Origin: Desulfobulbaceae bacterium | Lineage (GTDB): Bacteria > Desulfobacterota > Desulfobulbia > Desulfobulbales > Desulfocapsaceae | Assembly: GCA_019163335.1 (NCBI GenBank) | Contig: JAFLKM010000026.1 | Coordinates: forward strand, 26,347-90,346 | Length of the DNA stretch: 64,000 bases | Direction: 5' to 3' | Part shown: positions 10,035 to 20,643 of the stretch, in pieces | Numbering within the stretch: position 1 is the stretch's first letter | Layout: each line of letters starts with the position of its first letter | Translations under genes and position numbers: made by a program | Notes under the pieces: generated by a model | What the model saw: the letters and a program-made list of their open reading frames with translations, nothing else | What the model was told of the DNA's origin: nothing | Database searches by the model: none

Positions 10035-10504
10035 CAAAAGATCCCCAATTTGGCCAGGCTCTCCTTGTAATCCCCGAAATTCTGCCGAGTCGCCTGATTT
10101 TCACGATCCCAGGCATCTTTGTCCCAGATCTCAACATAATCAAGCATTCCGGTCAGCACCACATCCTTGACAATACCCGCCTCGCTGCGCAGGGAAGGGG
10201 AAATTAACACCCGCCCCTGTTTATCAGGAAGACAAGGGGTCACCCCGGAGACCACCAGACGAATAAAACTGGTCAGCCCGGGCTGTTCGCGGCCATCGGT
10301 CAACAACTTATTTTCCAGGATCTCCCACTGCGCCACAGGAAAGGCGCGAAGATGGTCACCCCAAATGGTCACCATCAAATCCTCGGTATCATACTGGGTC
10401 AGCACATCCCTGAAACGGCTGGGAATGTTCAATCGCCCTTTGATATCGAGTGCGTGTTCCGATCGTCCGCGAAATCGGCTGGTAGTCAAATTGCTGTTTT
10501 CCAT
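10034..10504 (-). CDS. mraZ: Transcriptional regulator MraZ
   Basis: Two MraZ/SpoVT-type repeats: FRGRSEHALDIKGRLNIPSRFRD and LPDKQGRVLISPSLR. It is the first gene of the dcw cluster. I prefer the start at MENSN (10504) over the track start at 10519. Confidence 0.9.
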   Translation of the reverse strand: MENSNLTTSRFRGRSEHALDIKGRLNIPSRFRDVLTQYDTEDLMVTIWGDHLRAFPVAQWEILENKLLTDGREQPGLTSFIRLVVSGVTPCLPDKQGRVLISPSLRSEAGIVKDVVLTGMLDYVEIWDKDAWDRENQATRQNFGDYKESLAKLGIF

Positions 10505-10810
10505 GGCCTCCCGCCACACTTATCCACCGTACTCCCCTTTTCACCACTTTACACCACTATTGACTCTTTTATAGCAGGCGGACCCCACTTGTCAAGAATT
10601 TTCCAATGTTTATTAAAAACGGCTTCATTCAACAGGTTAAGAGAAAAAACCACTAGGGATTGTACCTCATATGGCGAAAACACGCAACAGAAGACACAAA
10701 TGGCAGATTGCAAATTTTTCCAGAAAACCGACGCCTCGCCCTGCTGCAGAGACATCCTGCTGAAATTACGACTTAAATATTTCAAATGTTTTTTTGGGAT
10801 TTTACAGGAA

Positions 10811-10843
10811 AAAAATGGAGAAAAGTGGGAGAAAAAAGGAGGG
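10811..10843 (+). promoter_or_regulatory. Three direct purine-rich repeats, candidate MraZ-box-like operator
   Basis: The repeats aaaaatggag / aaaagtgggag / aaaaaaggaggg are adjacent with a 10-12 nt period, in the 460-nt gap upstream of mraZ. Described MraZ operators are triple direct repeats containing (G)TGGG. Their orientation and roughly 300-nt distance from mraZ are not ideal. Confidence 0.25.
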
Positions 10844-10982
10844 TATATTTGTATTGCAGAAATTTAGAGAGGCAGTCACTTTTCCCCGACACGCCACTCC
10901 TTGTCGGGAACACCACCACGCCCAAATTCCGTGGTGCTCAGTGGACCATCCGCGTCATCAGAAATCACTGAAAAGCGTTTGT

Positions 10983-11819
10983 TTATTTCATGATGGCAGC
11001 AAAATCAACCTGTGCGCTGAAGCTATGGGCGCTGTCAGGGAAGGTGCCATTGCGCACCTCCTCGGCATAGCGGGTCACATTTTCCCTGATCAGGGGGGAG
11101 AGACTGGTATAGGTCTTGATAAAGCTGGGGATAAACTTTTCAAACATCCCGAGAAGATCATTGGTCACCAGTACCTGACCGTCGCAATGGACACCGGCGC
11201 CTATGCCGATGGTGGGGATGACAAGTGCCTCCGTGATAAGCCGGGAGAGTTGCTCCGGGATACATTCCAGCACCAGACCAAAGGCCCCGGCTTCCTGAAT
11301 GCCCCTGGCCTGCGCCATCATCTTCCGGGCCGATTCCAGATCCCGCCCCTGCACCTTATACCCGCCAAGCTGGGAGGCCGTTTGCGGGGTCAGCCCGATA
11401 TGCCCCATAACCGGGATACCGGCTGCCACCATGGCGGAGACCGTGGCACAAATCTCCAGCCCACCTTCCACCTTCACCGCATCACATCCCGCTTCCTTGA
11501 GCAACCGGACACCATTCAAAATGGCGTCACGCACATCACTCTGATACGAACCGAAAGGCATGTCGACAATGACAAAGGCGCCCGGCGCGCCACGTCTGAC
11601 CGCAGCCGCGTGGTGAATCATCTCTTCCATGGTCACCGGTACGGTGGAGTCATACCCCAGCACCACCATGCCCAACGAATCCCCCACCAGAAGGACATCA
11701 ACCCCGCAGCCGGCAAGCATCGAAGCCATGGACGCATCGTAGGCGGTCAGCATCGTGATCTTTACCCCCGCCGCCTTCATGGCCGTGATCTCGGTCACAC
11801 TTTTTCTTTTCGTCATCAT
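10983..11819 (-). CDS. panB: 3-methyl-2-oxobutanoate hydroxymethyltransferase PanB
   Basis: 278 aa with MLTAYDASMA, LLVGDSLGMVVLGYDST and VIVDMPFGSYQ motifs. Confidence 0.93.
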   Translation of the reverse strand: MMTKRKSVTEITAMKAAGVKITMLTAYDASMASMLAGCGVDVLLVGDSLGMVVLGYDSTVPVTMEEMIHHAAAVRRGAPGAFVIVDMPFGSYQSDVRDAILNGVRLLKEAGCDAVKVEGGLEICATVSAMVAAGIPVMGHIGLTPQTASQLGGYKVQGRDLESARKMMAQARGIQEAGAFGLVLECIPEQLSRLITEALVIPTIGIGAGVHCDGQVLVTNDLLGMFEKFIPSFIKTYTSLSPLIRENVTRYAEEVRNGTFPDSAHSFSAQVDFAAIMK

Positions 11820-12887
11820 CTATTCTCCATCGCCAAGATCAAAAAGTGAGGACTGTCGACTGAGCCCTTTGGGCGGGGTTCGTTTAAAATGCTCATAGGC
11901 TCTCTTGGTCGCCATCCGCCCCCGGGGAGTCCGGGCCAGGAACCCGGACTGGATAAGAAAAGGCTCATAGACATCTTCCAAGGTGTTTTTCTCTTCGCAA
12001 ACCACCGTGGCCAGGGTCTCAAGACCGATGGGGCCGCCCTGGAAGATATCAATGATGGTCAGAATAATCCGCCGATCCATCTCATCGAGTCCGAAGGCAT
12101 CGACATTCAACAGGTTCAGGGCGGCATCCGCCACCTTGGCATCAATCACGGCATGATTCCCGACCTCGGCAAAATCTCGCACCCGCCTGAGCAGTCGATT
12201 GGCAATCCGCGGGGTACCCCGCGACCTGCGCCCAAGCTCCAGGGCGCCACCGGCGTCAATTCGCATCCCGAGAATCAGGGCCGAACGCTGGACAATAATC
12301 ACCAGCTCTTCCGGGGCATACAACTCAAGCCGGAGAACAACCCCAAAACGATCCCGCAGGGGTGGGGTGAGCAAGCCGGTTCGGGTTGTGGCTCCCACCA
12401 GGGTAAACCGGGGCAGATCCATGCGCACCGAGCGGGCGCCCGGCCCCTGCCCGATGATCAGATCAAGCTGATAATCCTCCATGGCCGGATAGAGAATCTC
12501 TTCGACGGCATGATTCAAGCGATGGATCTCATCAATAAAAAGAATATCCCCTTCCTGCAGGCTGGTGAGGATGGCGGCAAGATCTCCCTGCCGTTCAATC
12601 ACCGGGCCGGAAGTCACCTTGATCCCGGCATCCATTTCATTTGCAATAATATGGGACAGGGTGGTCTTGCCCAGACCCGGGAAGCCATGAAAGAGGACAT
12701 GGTCAAGGGGCTCTCCACGCCCCTTGGCGGCCCGGATAAAGATATCCAGACTCTTGCGCAGGGGCTCCTGACCGATATAATCAACCAACCGTTTTGGGCG
12801 GAGATCCTGCTCATGCGAGGGTTCACGCAGGACCGGACGCGGCGAGACCAGCCGTTCTTCTTCGCCTATTTCTTCCTCGATATTCAT
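11820..12887 (-). CDS. ruvB: Holliday junction branch migration helicase RuvB
   Basis: 355 aa with [12 protein letters not shown], Walker [11 protein letters not shown], Walker [10 protein letters not shown] and [17 protein letters not shown]. Confidence 0.96.
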   Translation of the reverse strand: MNIEEEIGEEERLVSPRPVLREPSHEQDLRPKRLVDYIGQEPLRKSLDIFIRAAKGRGEPLDHVLFHGFPGLGKTTLSHIIANEMDAGIKVTSGPVIERQGDLAAILTSLQEGDILFIDEIHRLNHAVEEILYPAMEDYQLDLIIGQGPGARSVRMDLPRFTLVGATTRTGLLTPPLRDRFGVVLRLELYAPEELVIIVQRSALILGMRIDAGGALELGRRSRGTPRIANRLLRRVRDFAEVGNHAVIDAKVADAALNLLNVDAFGLDEMDRRIILTIIDIFQGGPIGLETLATVVCEEKNTLEDVYEPFLIQSGFLARTPRGRMATKRAYEHFKRTPPKGLSRQSSLFDLGDGE

Positions 12888-13519
12888 GCCAGTGTCCGCA
12901 AGGTTTCCCGAATAAGTTCCTCAACCCGCATGGCCGAGAAGTCAGCATCTCCGACCCGCTTCTTCACCGTCGTCAGGGCCTGCCTGGCAACGGGATCAGG
13001 ATAGCCAAGATTGACCAGCGCCGACAGGGTATCGGCAACCGCACCGGATGATGCGGCCAGTGTCCGGGGTGCCGCTACTCCAGCCCCGTCCCCGCCCCCG
13101 GGCATCGTCCCCTGGAGATGGCCGACCTTATCCTTCAACTCCACACAAATTCGCTCGGCCGTTCGCTTGCCCACCCCCTGCAGGGTTGTCAAGCGGACAA
13201 TATCTTCTCCGACAATGGCCCGACACAGTTCCGCCACCCGCATCCCCGAGAGGATGGCCAGGCCAAGCTTCGGGCCAATACCCGAGACCGAGTTCAAGAT
13301 AAGAAACAACTCCTTCTCCTCCAGTTCCTGAAAACCAAAGAGAACAATCGCATCTTCACGAACATGGGTATGGATATAAAGGAACACCGGACTGTTGCAT
13401 TCAGGAAGACGGGCGACGCCGTCAGTGGAAAGGAAGACCTCATACCCCACCCCGTTCACATCAATGACGGCCCGGTCTGGTCCGGTCAACAGCACATTTC
13501 CTTTCAAGGTGGCAATCAT
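12884..13519 (-). CDS. ruvA: Holliday junction DNA-binding protein RuvA
   Basis: 211 aa with MIATLKG...VGYEV, and HhH motifs ([26 protein letters not shown]). It overlaps the ruvB start. Confidence 0.93.
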   Translation of the reverse strand: MIATLKGNVLLTGPDRAVIDVNGVGYEVFLSTDGVARLPECNSPVFLYIHTHVREDAIVLFGFQELEEKELFLILNSVSGIGPKLGLAILSGMRVAELCRAIVGEDIVRLTTLQGVGKRTAERICVELKDKVGHLQGTMPGGGDGAGVAAPRTLAASSGAVADTLSALVNLGYPDPVARQALTTVKKRVGDADFSAMRVEELIRETLRTLA

Positions 13520-13630
13520 TTTTCAGAGGGAAGAATAGAGGTTAAAGGCTGAAGTCGAAAGGTTGAAGATTGAAATGAACATGGAATGGCGGCGCATAGT
13601 GATCCTTGACGCCAGCCTTCAACCTTCCGC

Positions 13631-14110
13631 TTAAACACCTGCTTTCAGATGATGGGCATGGCAGATGGCCACCGCCAGGGCATCGGCGGCATCGGCGCTA
13701 GGTGCGGAGGAAAGACCCAGCAACACCCGGATCATGTGCTGCACCTGCACTTTTTCGGCCTGACCATAGCCCACCACAGATCGTTTCACTTTCTTGGCGC
13801 TGTAATCATGCACCCCCAGGCCGTTCTGCATGGCGGCTACCACCGCCGCCCCGCGGGCCTGCCCAAGCTTCAGGGCCGAGCTGGCATTGTTGGCCATGAA
13901 AACCTCTTCCACTGCCGCCACTTCCGGGCCATGGAGCTGAATGACCTCATTGATGCCATCAAAGATCTCATTGAGACGATTGGCAAAGGGAAATTGCGGT
14001 GTCGTCTTCACAACCCCGCAGGCAATAAAACGAATTCTGCCGGGTACGACCTCAATGACGCCGTACCCGGTAAGGCGGGAACCTGGATCAATACCAAGGA
14101 TACGGATCAT
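13631..14110 (-). CDS. ruvC: Crossover junction endodeoxyribonuclease RuvC
   Basis: Begins MIRILGIDPGSRLTGYGV and has DAADALAVAICH at the C-terminus. I chose the ATG at 14110 rather than the TTG at 14116. Confidence 0.92.
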   Translation of the reverse strand: MIRILGIDPGSRLTGYGVIEVVPGRIRFIACGVVKTTPQFPFANRLNEIFDGINEVIQLHGPEVAAVEEVFMANNASSALKLGQARGAAVVAAMQNGLGVHDYSAKKVKRSVVGYGQAEKVQVQHMIRVLLGLSSAPSADAADALAVAICHAHHLKAGV

Positions 14111-14177
14111 ACACAAAAGACGGCGAGCGGAAAGCCGACGCCTGAGCGGGGAGAACTTTCAAGATGACCATGATCAC

Positions 14178-14927
14178 TTACGACAGCTTCTCCATCAGAT
14201 CACTGTCAATGTCAAAATTGGAATGCACCTTTTGCACATCATCGTGATCCTCAAGGCTTTCCAGCAGCTTGAGCAGCGATATGGCCGTCTTCTCGTCCGT
14301 CACCTCGACGCTGTTCTGAGGAATCCTGGTAATCGCCGCCTCGATGAACTGGACCTTCTTGGACTCAAGGACGTTGTACACCTCGTCAAAGGCCTCAGGG
14401 CTGGTTATTACCTGAAACTCCTCGTCTTCCTCCACCACGTCTTCGGCTCCTGCCTCAAGGGCCATATCCATCAAGGCTTCCTCGCTCAGCCCCTTCTTTT
14501 CCACCTGAAGCAGCCCTTTCTTGTCAAACATCCAGGCGACACAACCGGCAGCGCCCAGGTTTCCATTATTCTTGGCAAAAAAATGACGAACATCAGCCAC
14601 GGTGCGGTTCCGGTTATCGGTCATGCACTCAACCAGTACTGCCACCCCGCCCGGCCCATAGCCCTCGTAAAGGATCTCGTCATACACCGCCCCTTCGATC
14701 TCGCCGGTTCCCTTCTTGATGGCCCGGAGGATATTATCTTTCGGCATATTCTCTGTTTTGGCCGAAGTGACGGCAGCCCGCAGCCGGGGATTCCCATCGG
14801 GATCGCCGCCGCCCATCCTGGCTGCAACGGTGATTTCCTTGATCAACCGGGTAAAGATCCTGCCCCGCTTTGCATCGGTTGCCCCTTTCTTATGTTTTAT
14901 TGTTGACCACTTGGAATGTCCTGACAT
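14178..14927 (-). CDS. yebC: YebC/PmpR family DNA-binding transcriptional regulator / translation factor
   Basis: 249 aa. It begins [15 protein letters not shown], and the family signature continues throughout. Confidence 0.93.
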   Translation of the reverse strand: MSGHSKWSTIKHKKGATDAKRGRIFTRLIKEITVAARMGGGDPDGNPRLRAAVTSAKTENMPKDNILRAIKKGTGEIEGAVYDEILYEGYGPGGVAVLVECMTDNRNRTVADVRHFFAKNNGNLGAAGCVAWMFDKKGLLQVEKKGLSEEALMDMALEAGAEDVVEEDEEFQVITSPEAFDEVYNVLESKKVQFIEAAITRIPQNSVEVTDEKTAISLLKLLESLEDHDDVQKVHSNFDIDSDLMEKLS

Positions 14928-14956
14928 GATATCTTCCTGAAAAAGTTAATAATAGA

Positions 14957-15034
14957 CTAACCCCGATGAACGGGACAAGTGCCTTTCGCAGATCAATCTC
15001 TTTAAAAACAAGGAATTAATCTGTAAGTCACTAA
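14957..15034 (-). repeat. Structured intergenic repeat, copy C (two-hairpin element)
   Basis: The minus strand reads ttagtgacttacagattaattccttgtttttaaagagattgatctgcgaaaggcacttgtcccgttcatcggggttag. It is near-identical end to end to the copy at 55501-55581. Confidence 0.85.
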
Positions 15035-15050
15035 CGATTGAAGAAAAAAT

Positions 15051-15100
15051 TAGCCCCCGATAAACGGGGATAAATGCCTTACAGAATAGTAAGGCACTAA
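15051..15100 (-). repeat. Structured intergenic repeat, short diverged copy A
   Basis: The minus strand reads ttagtgccttactattctgtaaggcatttatccccgtttatcgggggcta. It has the same ends and the same two hairpins as the other copies, with the inner stem deleted. Confidence 0.7.
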
Positions 15101-15118
15101 AAAGACCGGACGGAAGGG

Positions 15119-15784
15119 TTAGGCCTCTAAAACTGGAATAGGCTCAACCGCCCCAGACTCCTGATTGTCCTGAACCAGGCCCCCTCTTCCCTTTCTAAAG
15201 TTCAGCCCCAGAACAAAGACCTCCCGACTCTCGGTGCGGGAGCTCTTGGGTTTAATCACCTGAACCTGCTCAAACCTGGCCTGAACCTCACGCACAAAGG
15301 AAGGGAAATCCTCTCCCTGAAAGGCCTTACAGAGGAAATGTCCCTTCTCATGGAGCAGGATCTCGGTCAAATCCAGGGTTTGGCGAACCAGATTGAGCGA
15401 TTGCTGATGATCCGCCCAGCGATTGCCTGTGGTTTTCGGGGCCAGATCAGAGAGCAGAACTTTGAATGCCGGCCGGATTTTACGCAGCTGCACCACAAGC
15501 TCCGGGTCCATAATATCGGCCACGATCCACTGAATGGGGGCACCACCGGGCCGGGAGGATGTCGCTGTCTCCTGAAGATCAACACCCACGACTAACCCGG
15601 TTTCTCCGACAACCTCCGAGGCATACAGAGACCAGCTTCCCGGACAGCAGCCCAGATCCAGCACCGCATCGCCCCGCCGCAGAAAATGATATTTCTTCTG
15701 CACCTCTTCGAGCTTGTAGATGGAACGAGCCGGATACTTATCCTTCTTGGCCTTTTGATAATAAAAGTCTTTTACTTTACGCAT
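15119..15784 (-). CDS. rlmE: 23S rRNA (uridine2552-2'-O)-methyltransferase RlmE (FtsJ)
   Basis: 221 aa with YRARSAYKL-like (YPARSIYKLEE), the SAM motif VLDLGCCPGSWS, and DLAPKTTG. Confidence 0.9.
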   Translation of the reverse strand: MRKVKDFYYQKAKKDKYPARSIYKLEEVQKKYHFLRRGDAVLDLGCCPGSWSLYASEVVGETGLVVGVDLQETATSSRPGGAPIQWIVADIMDPELVVQLRKIRPAFKVLLSDLAPKTTGNRWADHQQSLNLVRQTLDLTEILLHEKGHFLCKAFQGEDFPSFVREVQARFEQVQVIKPKSSRTESREVFVLGLNFRKGRGGLVQDNQESGAVEPIPVLEA

Positions 15785-15907
15785 TTTTACCCATGAATTT
15801 TCTCGCCACTTTATTCCATTTATCCCGCTTTGACAAGGCGGAAATCAGTGATATGCAGGTGAACAACCCTGCCCGATCAGGCTCTAAGCCCTACTGTTTC
15901 AGCCATT

Positions 15908-17398
15908 TCACATATCTGACAAATACTGTTGCACCCATCGCAGGGCATCTTCCCTGGACGTAACCGCACCTTCCACCCGGGCCAGCTCCAGGGCCTCCAG
16001 AATGTTTGCAAACAACGGCCCCGGCGACAGGGAGAACGATGCAATCAGATCCTCGCCACTCAACAGACGCGGGCCATGCAAGGCAGGCTGGATATACTGC
16101 GTCTGAATCTCAAGGATCTCAGCCAGCAACCCGGACAACTCCGCCTCAAGACCGGGCGGCTTTTTTTCTCCCTTCCCCGCCAGGCTGTCGGCCATGGCCA
16201 GAAGAAAGAGGCCGATCAGATCATCCCCTGCCTTTTTACAAAGATGCAGACAGGCCTTACGGCTCAAAGGCCCATCCCTGCGGACATTGCAGAGATGAAA
16301 GGGCTGCATGTGCATGGCAATCAGGCCGGCCACCCGCTCCCGGTTCTCCTTCCCCCACCTCCATTGCCGTCCCAGTTGCAGGACCATGTCACGACCGGTC
16401 TGGTCATGACCATAAAAGGTGACCCGCCCCCCCTTATCCTCCCGGATGGCCATGGTCACCGGCTTGCCCAGGTCGTGGAGCAGCGCCGCCCATTTCAAGC
16501 GCGACTGTATCCCCGGCCGGGCAAGATATTCCCCGATTTCCGCCGCACTCTCCGGATAAAACCGGGGGGGCTCGGCGAGGATCTCCTCCATGAATCCAAG
16601 GGCTGCCAGGCTGTGGTGAAAGACATCGAGATGATGAAACCCCGGCTGCTCCATGCCCACACCGTGGGCAAGATCGGGGATAAGATGCCACAGGAGTCCG
16701 CTTGCCGCCATCTCTTTAATCACCGCATGGGCTCGCCCGGTGGCCATGATCAGATCCAGTTCATAGGTTATCCGCTCCGCCGCAGCCCGACTAATCAGCC
16801 CTGCCTGACCAGCGATTTCAGCCCGTGTCGCCTCGTCAAGGGTAAAGCCGAGGGTGGCACTGAGCCGATAGCCACGCAGCATCCGGAGAGGGTCGTCCAC
16901 AAAAGCCTGTGGACAGGCCCGTAAAACCTTGCGATGAAGGTCAGAGACACCATGCAGGGGATCGATCAAAAGCGGGACGACAGATTCATCGAGCAGGGCA
17001 GCCAGTGCAACACCGATACTGTTGACCGTAAAATCACGACGCCCAAGATCTGCCTCAATGGTCCGGGCACCGAGGCGAAAACCGGAAAAATCAATATCCA
17101 TGCCCTTCCACACCACCCGACCGGTATCATCTTCTGCGCAGCCAAGGGGCACAAAGGTACCGCCCTTCAGCTCGGCAATCAAGCCCCGGCAACAGGCAGC
17201 AGCGTCATGGGCCACGGTGATGTCGAGATCGCCAGGCACCCTGCCCAGCAACCAGTCGCGCACCGTGCCGCCGACCACATACAACTCCCGGCCCTGCCTT
17301 TCCGCCATCCGCAAAAGCGCTCTCACCAGCCGTTCAGGGTAGTCTTTCAGCCTTCCAGACAGCAAGGCCGGATCATCACAGCGTTGCATCGTCATCAA
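15908..17398 (-). CDS. cca: CCA tRNA nucleotidyltransferase / poly(A) polymerase family protein with HD domain
   Basis: 496 aa. The nucleotidyltransferase head has VVGGTVRDWLLG...DLDI, followed by RDFTVNS and an HD region (LLHDLGKP). Confidence 0.85.
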   Translation of the reverse strand: MMTMQRCDDPALLSGRLKDYPERLVRALLRMAERQGRELYVVGGTVRDWLLGRVPGDLDITVAHDAAACCRGLIAELKGGTFVPLGCAEDDTGRVVWKGMDIDFSGFRLGARTIEADLGRRDFTVNSIGVALAALLDESVVPLLIDPLHGVSDLHRKVLRACPQAFVDDPLRMLRGYRLSATLGFTLDEATRAEIAGQAGLISRAAAERITYELDLIMATGRAHAVIKEMAASGLLWHLIPDLAHGVGMEQPGFHHLDVFHHSLAALGFMEEILAEPPRFYPESAAEIGEYLARPGIQSRLKWAALLHDLGKPVTMAIREDKGGRVTFYGHDQTGRDMVLQLGRQWRWGKENRERVAGLIAMHMQPFHLCNVRRDGPLSRKACLHLCKKAGDDLIGLFLLAMADSLAGKGEKKPPGLEAELSGLLAEILEIQTQYIQPALHGPRLLSGEDLIASFSLSPGPLFANILEALELARVEGAVTSREDALRWVQQYLSDM

Positions 17399-17505
17399 AA
17401 GCTCTTTCTTCTTTCATCTGTCACGACTTTCGTTTATTGTATGCCCCCAGAAACATATGCGATATTAACCACTAAGAATGCACTATTTACCACATCGACA
17501 GCAAT

Positions 17506-18057
17506 ATGGATAGTCCCACCGGGCGCATGATCAGGATCGGCAACACCTCCATTGGCCTGATCGGCCTCGATGTTGCCATCAATCAGGCCATTGCCGCCAA
17601 AATGACCGTCCACGAGGCCGCTTGCGCCATATTTACGGCGGTCAAGGAACGCAACTATATTCCCGCCGCCATGGTCGAAAGATACCAAACGGCCATAGCC
17701 CAGGAATATTCCCGCCTAACCGGTCTTACGGATGAGCGGCATGAAGGGTTGGTCATCCGTATCCTCGGCAGCGGCTGCATCAGCTGTAATGGCCTGCAAA
17801 CCATGGTCATTGACGCCATGGAACGGGCCGGAATCGCCGCCGACATCGAGCAGATCCATGACCGCGATGAAATCGGCCGCCTGGGCGTCACCGCCACCCC
17901 AGCCCTGATGATCAATGGCCAGGTCAAGATCGCCGGTCTCAAGCCCAGCCTGGCGCAGGTGGAAGGATGGATTCGGGAAGTTGCCTCTGCGCCGGTCACT
18001 CCTCTTCCATCCCGGGAACCAGTAACACCAGGGTCGCTCGACGACCCGACGAAATGA
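17506..18057 (+). CDS. Thioredoxin-fold protein (redox-active disulfide protein 2 / Thioredoxin_3-like, CxxC) with an unrecognised N-terminal extension of about 80 aa
   Basis: The C-terminal half (IRILGSGCISCNGLQTMVIDA...TATPALMINGQVKIAG) matches the small glutaredoxin-like CxxC family. The N-terminal part was not recognised. The start could instead be the MIRIG at 17527. Confidence 0.7.
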   Translation: MDSPTGRMIRIGNTSIGLIGLDVAINQAIAAKMTVHEAACAIFTAVKERNYIPAAMVERYQTAIAQEYSRLTGLTDERHEGLVIRILGSGCISCNGLQTMVIDAMERAGIAADIEQIHDRDEIGRLGVTATPALMINGQVKIAGLKPSLAQVEGWIREVASAPVTPLPSREPVTPGSLDDPTK

Positions 18058-18063
18058 GCGCCA

Positions 18064-19008
18064 ATGGCTGAGCCCCCTTTTCTCATCCTTGCGCCGATTC
18101 GCGGGATCACCGACTGCCTGTTTCGCACCCTCTTCCAACACCATTTCGGCGGTGTTGATGAGGCCGTCGCCCCCTTTCTCAACCCGCAGCCGCACGCAAA
18201 CATTGATCTGAGGCAACTCCATGACCTGCTGCCCGAGCAGAACAGGGCCCTGCCGGTGGTGCCGCAGTTTCTCCATACCAACCCGGAAGGCCTGCTCGCC
18301 CTGGGGCAACGGCTCCATGACCTGGGTTATACCCGGATCAACTGGAACCTGGGCTGTCCGGCCCCCATGGTTACCCGCAAACGACGCGGCTCGGGCCTGT
18401 TGCCCTACCCCGACGCCATTTGCGCCTTCCTCGATGTCGTTCTGCCCCGGATGCCCCTGCAACTCTCGATCAAGACCCGGCTGGGGCTGAACCATCCGGA
18501 TGAACTGGCAGCACTTTTACCCCGGCTCAACGACTATCCGCTCTCCGAAATCATCATCCATACCCGGCTGGGCAAACAGCTCTACCGGGGCGCAACCGAT
18601 CCCGAGCGCTTCGGCCAAAGCCTGACCCTGAGCCGGCATCCGCTCGTCTATAACGGCGATATCACCGACCTTGAAAGCTGGAACCGCCTGCGCCGGCAAT
18701 TCCCCACGGTTCAGCGCTGGATGATCGGCCGAGGCCTCCTGGCCGACCCATTTCTGGCCAGAACCATTAAGGGCGAGCTGTTCAATCCCGAACAGCGTCT
18801 ATCCATGCTCATGGCCTTTCACCAGGAACTCTTTACCAGCTACAAACAGGTGCTTGCCGGCCCCAGCCATCTGCTTGGCCGGATGAAGCAGATATGGTTT
18901 TATCTTGCCGCATCCTTTCCAGACCAGGATAAACTCTGGAAAAAAATAAAAAAGGCCGGTACCGAAGAACGCTATCTCGCCGCCATTGACGGGGCTTTTC
19001 GGCAATAA
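18064..19008 (+). CDS. tRNA-dihydrouridine synthase family protein
   Basis: 314 aa with LAPIRGITD, the NLGCP catalytic-Cys motif, and a TIM-barrel-like periodicity (HTRLG..., [10 protein letters not shown]). Confidence 0.85.
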   Translation: MAEPPFLILAPIRGITDCLFRTLFQHHFGGVDEAVAPFLNPQPHANIDLRQLHDLLPEQNRALPVVPQFLHTNPEGLLALGQRLHDLGYTRINWNLGCPAPMVTRKRRGSGLLPYPDAICAFLDVVLPRMPLQLSIKTRLGLNHPDELAALLPRLNDYPLSEIIIHTRLGKQLYRGATDPERFGQSLTLSRHPLVYNGDITDLESWNRLRRQFPTVQRWMIGRGLLADPFLARTIKGELFNPEQRLSMLMAFHQELFTSYKQVLAGPSHLLGRMKQIWFYLAASFPDQDKLWKKIKKAGTEERYLAAIDGAFRQ

Positions 19009-19070
19009 TAAAATCGTCCATTTTTCAGCCAGAACCTCGCCTTCCCAACAACATTCATTCTCTTGACATC

Positions 19071-20417
19071 ATGCAAAACACCAAACAGATCCAGATCATC
19101 GGCGGCGGACTCGCCGGCTGCGAGGCGGCCTGGCAGGCGGCACAACGCGGCTGCCCCGTCCGCCTCTACGATATGAAACCGCACCGCTTCAGTCCGGCCC
19201 ACTCCTCGCCCCTCCTGGCCGAGATGGTTTGCAGCAATTCGCTGCGGGCAAGCGGCCAGCACTCGGCAGTCGGACTGTTAAAAGAAGAAATGCGCCGCCT
19301 TGACTCCCTGCTTATGCGGGTAGCCACGGAAACGGCTGTTCCCGCCGGGAGAGCGCTTGCGGTCAACCGCGAACTTTTTTCGCAAGCCGTCACTGAGCAC
19401 CTGGAGCAGCACCCCCTGGTGGAGATTGTGCGACAGGAACTCACCGAGATCCCTGCGCCTGGCGAAGCCCCGATTATCCTGGCCACCGGGCCGCTCACCT
19501 CCGAGCCCATGGCCGAATCCCTGATCCAACTGACCGGCCGCGACCGTCTGGCTTTTTATGATGCCATCGCCCCCATCGTCCATGCCGAATCTCTGGACAT
19601 GGATATAGTCTATCTGAAGTCACGCTACGAAGATGGTCCCGGCGATTACCTGAACTGCCCGATGAACAAGGACGAGTATATGGCGTTTATCGCGGCTTTG
19701 AAGGAAGGGGACACGGTCCCCTTAAAGGATTTTGAGGAGGTCAAATATTTTGAAGGCTGTCTGCCCATTGAGATCATGGTGGCCCGGGGCGACAACACCT
19801 TGCGATTTGGCCCGATGAAACCGGTGGGCCTCGATGACCCGCGCACCGGTCGCTGGCCTTACGCCGTAGTGCAGTTACGCAAGGAAAACAAACAGGGAAG
19901 CCTGTATAACCTGGTGGGCTTTCAGACCAAGCTCACCTACCCGGAACAAAAACGAATCTTCCGCAGGATCCCGGGGCTGGCCCAGGCCGACTTTGCCCGC
20001 CTGGGCTCCATCCATCGCAACACCTTTGTCTGCGCGCCATTGCTGCTTGAGCCCACCCTGCAAGTCAAGACACGGCCGGATCTGTTTTTGGCCGGACAGC
20101 TTTCAGGGGTGGAAGGCTATGTGGAATCCACGGCCATGGGACTCCTGGCCGGAATCAACGCGAGCAGGATGCACCAGGGCAAACCTCTGTTAGTGCCACC
20201 CCCGGAAACGGCCATGGGCTCGCTTATCACCCACCTGACCCAATCAGATTCCGCCCATTTTCAACCCTCCAACGTCACCTTCGGGCTGTTCCCGGAGCTT
20301 GCACCACCCACCCCCGTTGAAGGGAAAAAACCGCAGAAGCTTTCTAAACAGCAACGCGGTGAATTCAGGGCCAGCGTGGCGCTCAAGGCCCTGGAAGAGT
20401 GGATCAGCAAGGCTTAA
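19071..20417 (+). CDS. trmFO: Methylenetetrahydrofolate--tRNA-(uracil54-C5)-methyltransferase TrmFO
   Basis: 448 aa with the FAD motif [13 protein letters not shown], then CSNSLR, FFAGQ-like [16 protein letters not shown], and NVTFGL. Confidence 0.93.
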   Translation: MQNTKQIQIIGGGLAGCEAAWQAAQRGCPVRLYDMKPHRFSPAHSSPLLAEMVCSNSLRASGQHSAVGLLKEEMRRLDSLLMRVATETAVPAGRALAVNRELFSQAVTEHLEQHPLVEIVRQELTEIPAPGEAPIILATGPLTSEPMAESLIQLTGRDRLAFYDAIAPIVHAESLDMDIVYLKSRYEDGPGDYLNCPMNKDEYMAFIAALKEGDTVPLKDFEEVKYFEGCLPIEIMVARGDNTLRFGPMKPVGLDDPRTGRWPYAVVQLRKENKQGSLYNLVGFQTKLTYPEQKRIFRRIPGLAQADFARLGSIHRNTFVCAPLLLEPTLQVKTRPDLFLAGQLSGVEGYVESTAMGLLAGINASRMHQGKPLLVPPPETAMGSLITHLTQSDSAHFQPSNVTFGLFPELAPPTPVEGKKPQKLSKQQRGEFRASVALKALEEWISKA

Positions 20418-20643
20418 TAAACTCCATCCCCTTTTGATGACGCGGCATTTTCTGGCAAAACTGAATCTGCCATTTATAACCGTACCTTCACGATCCCTTT
20501 CATATCTTGGTTTCGCAATTATTGCTAATAGTAGATTTAAGTTAGCTCTGAGCTCTGGCTACTTTTATCACTCTCAGCTCAATCCAGTGTTTGTGATAGA
20601 ATCATCATGCTTCATAGGTTAGACGTCAATATACCGCCTCGTT

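Noticed and set aside
10794-11849. Long antisense ORFs opposite well-supported genes: 10794-11849, 11889-13004, 13941-14906, 15929-16924, 23330-24313, 48089-49219, 52173-53111, 54306-55133, 55461-56276, 62581-63738.
   Set aside because: Each lies entirely within, and antisense to, a gene with unmistakable family motifs (panB, ruvB, yebC, cca, DnaB-like, dnaK, hemE, paaK, livF, SBP). Their translations are Arg/Gly/His/Pro-rich and low-complexity, as expected of stop-poor shadow frames in GC3-biased genes.
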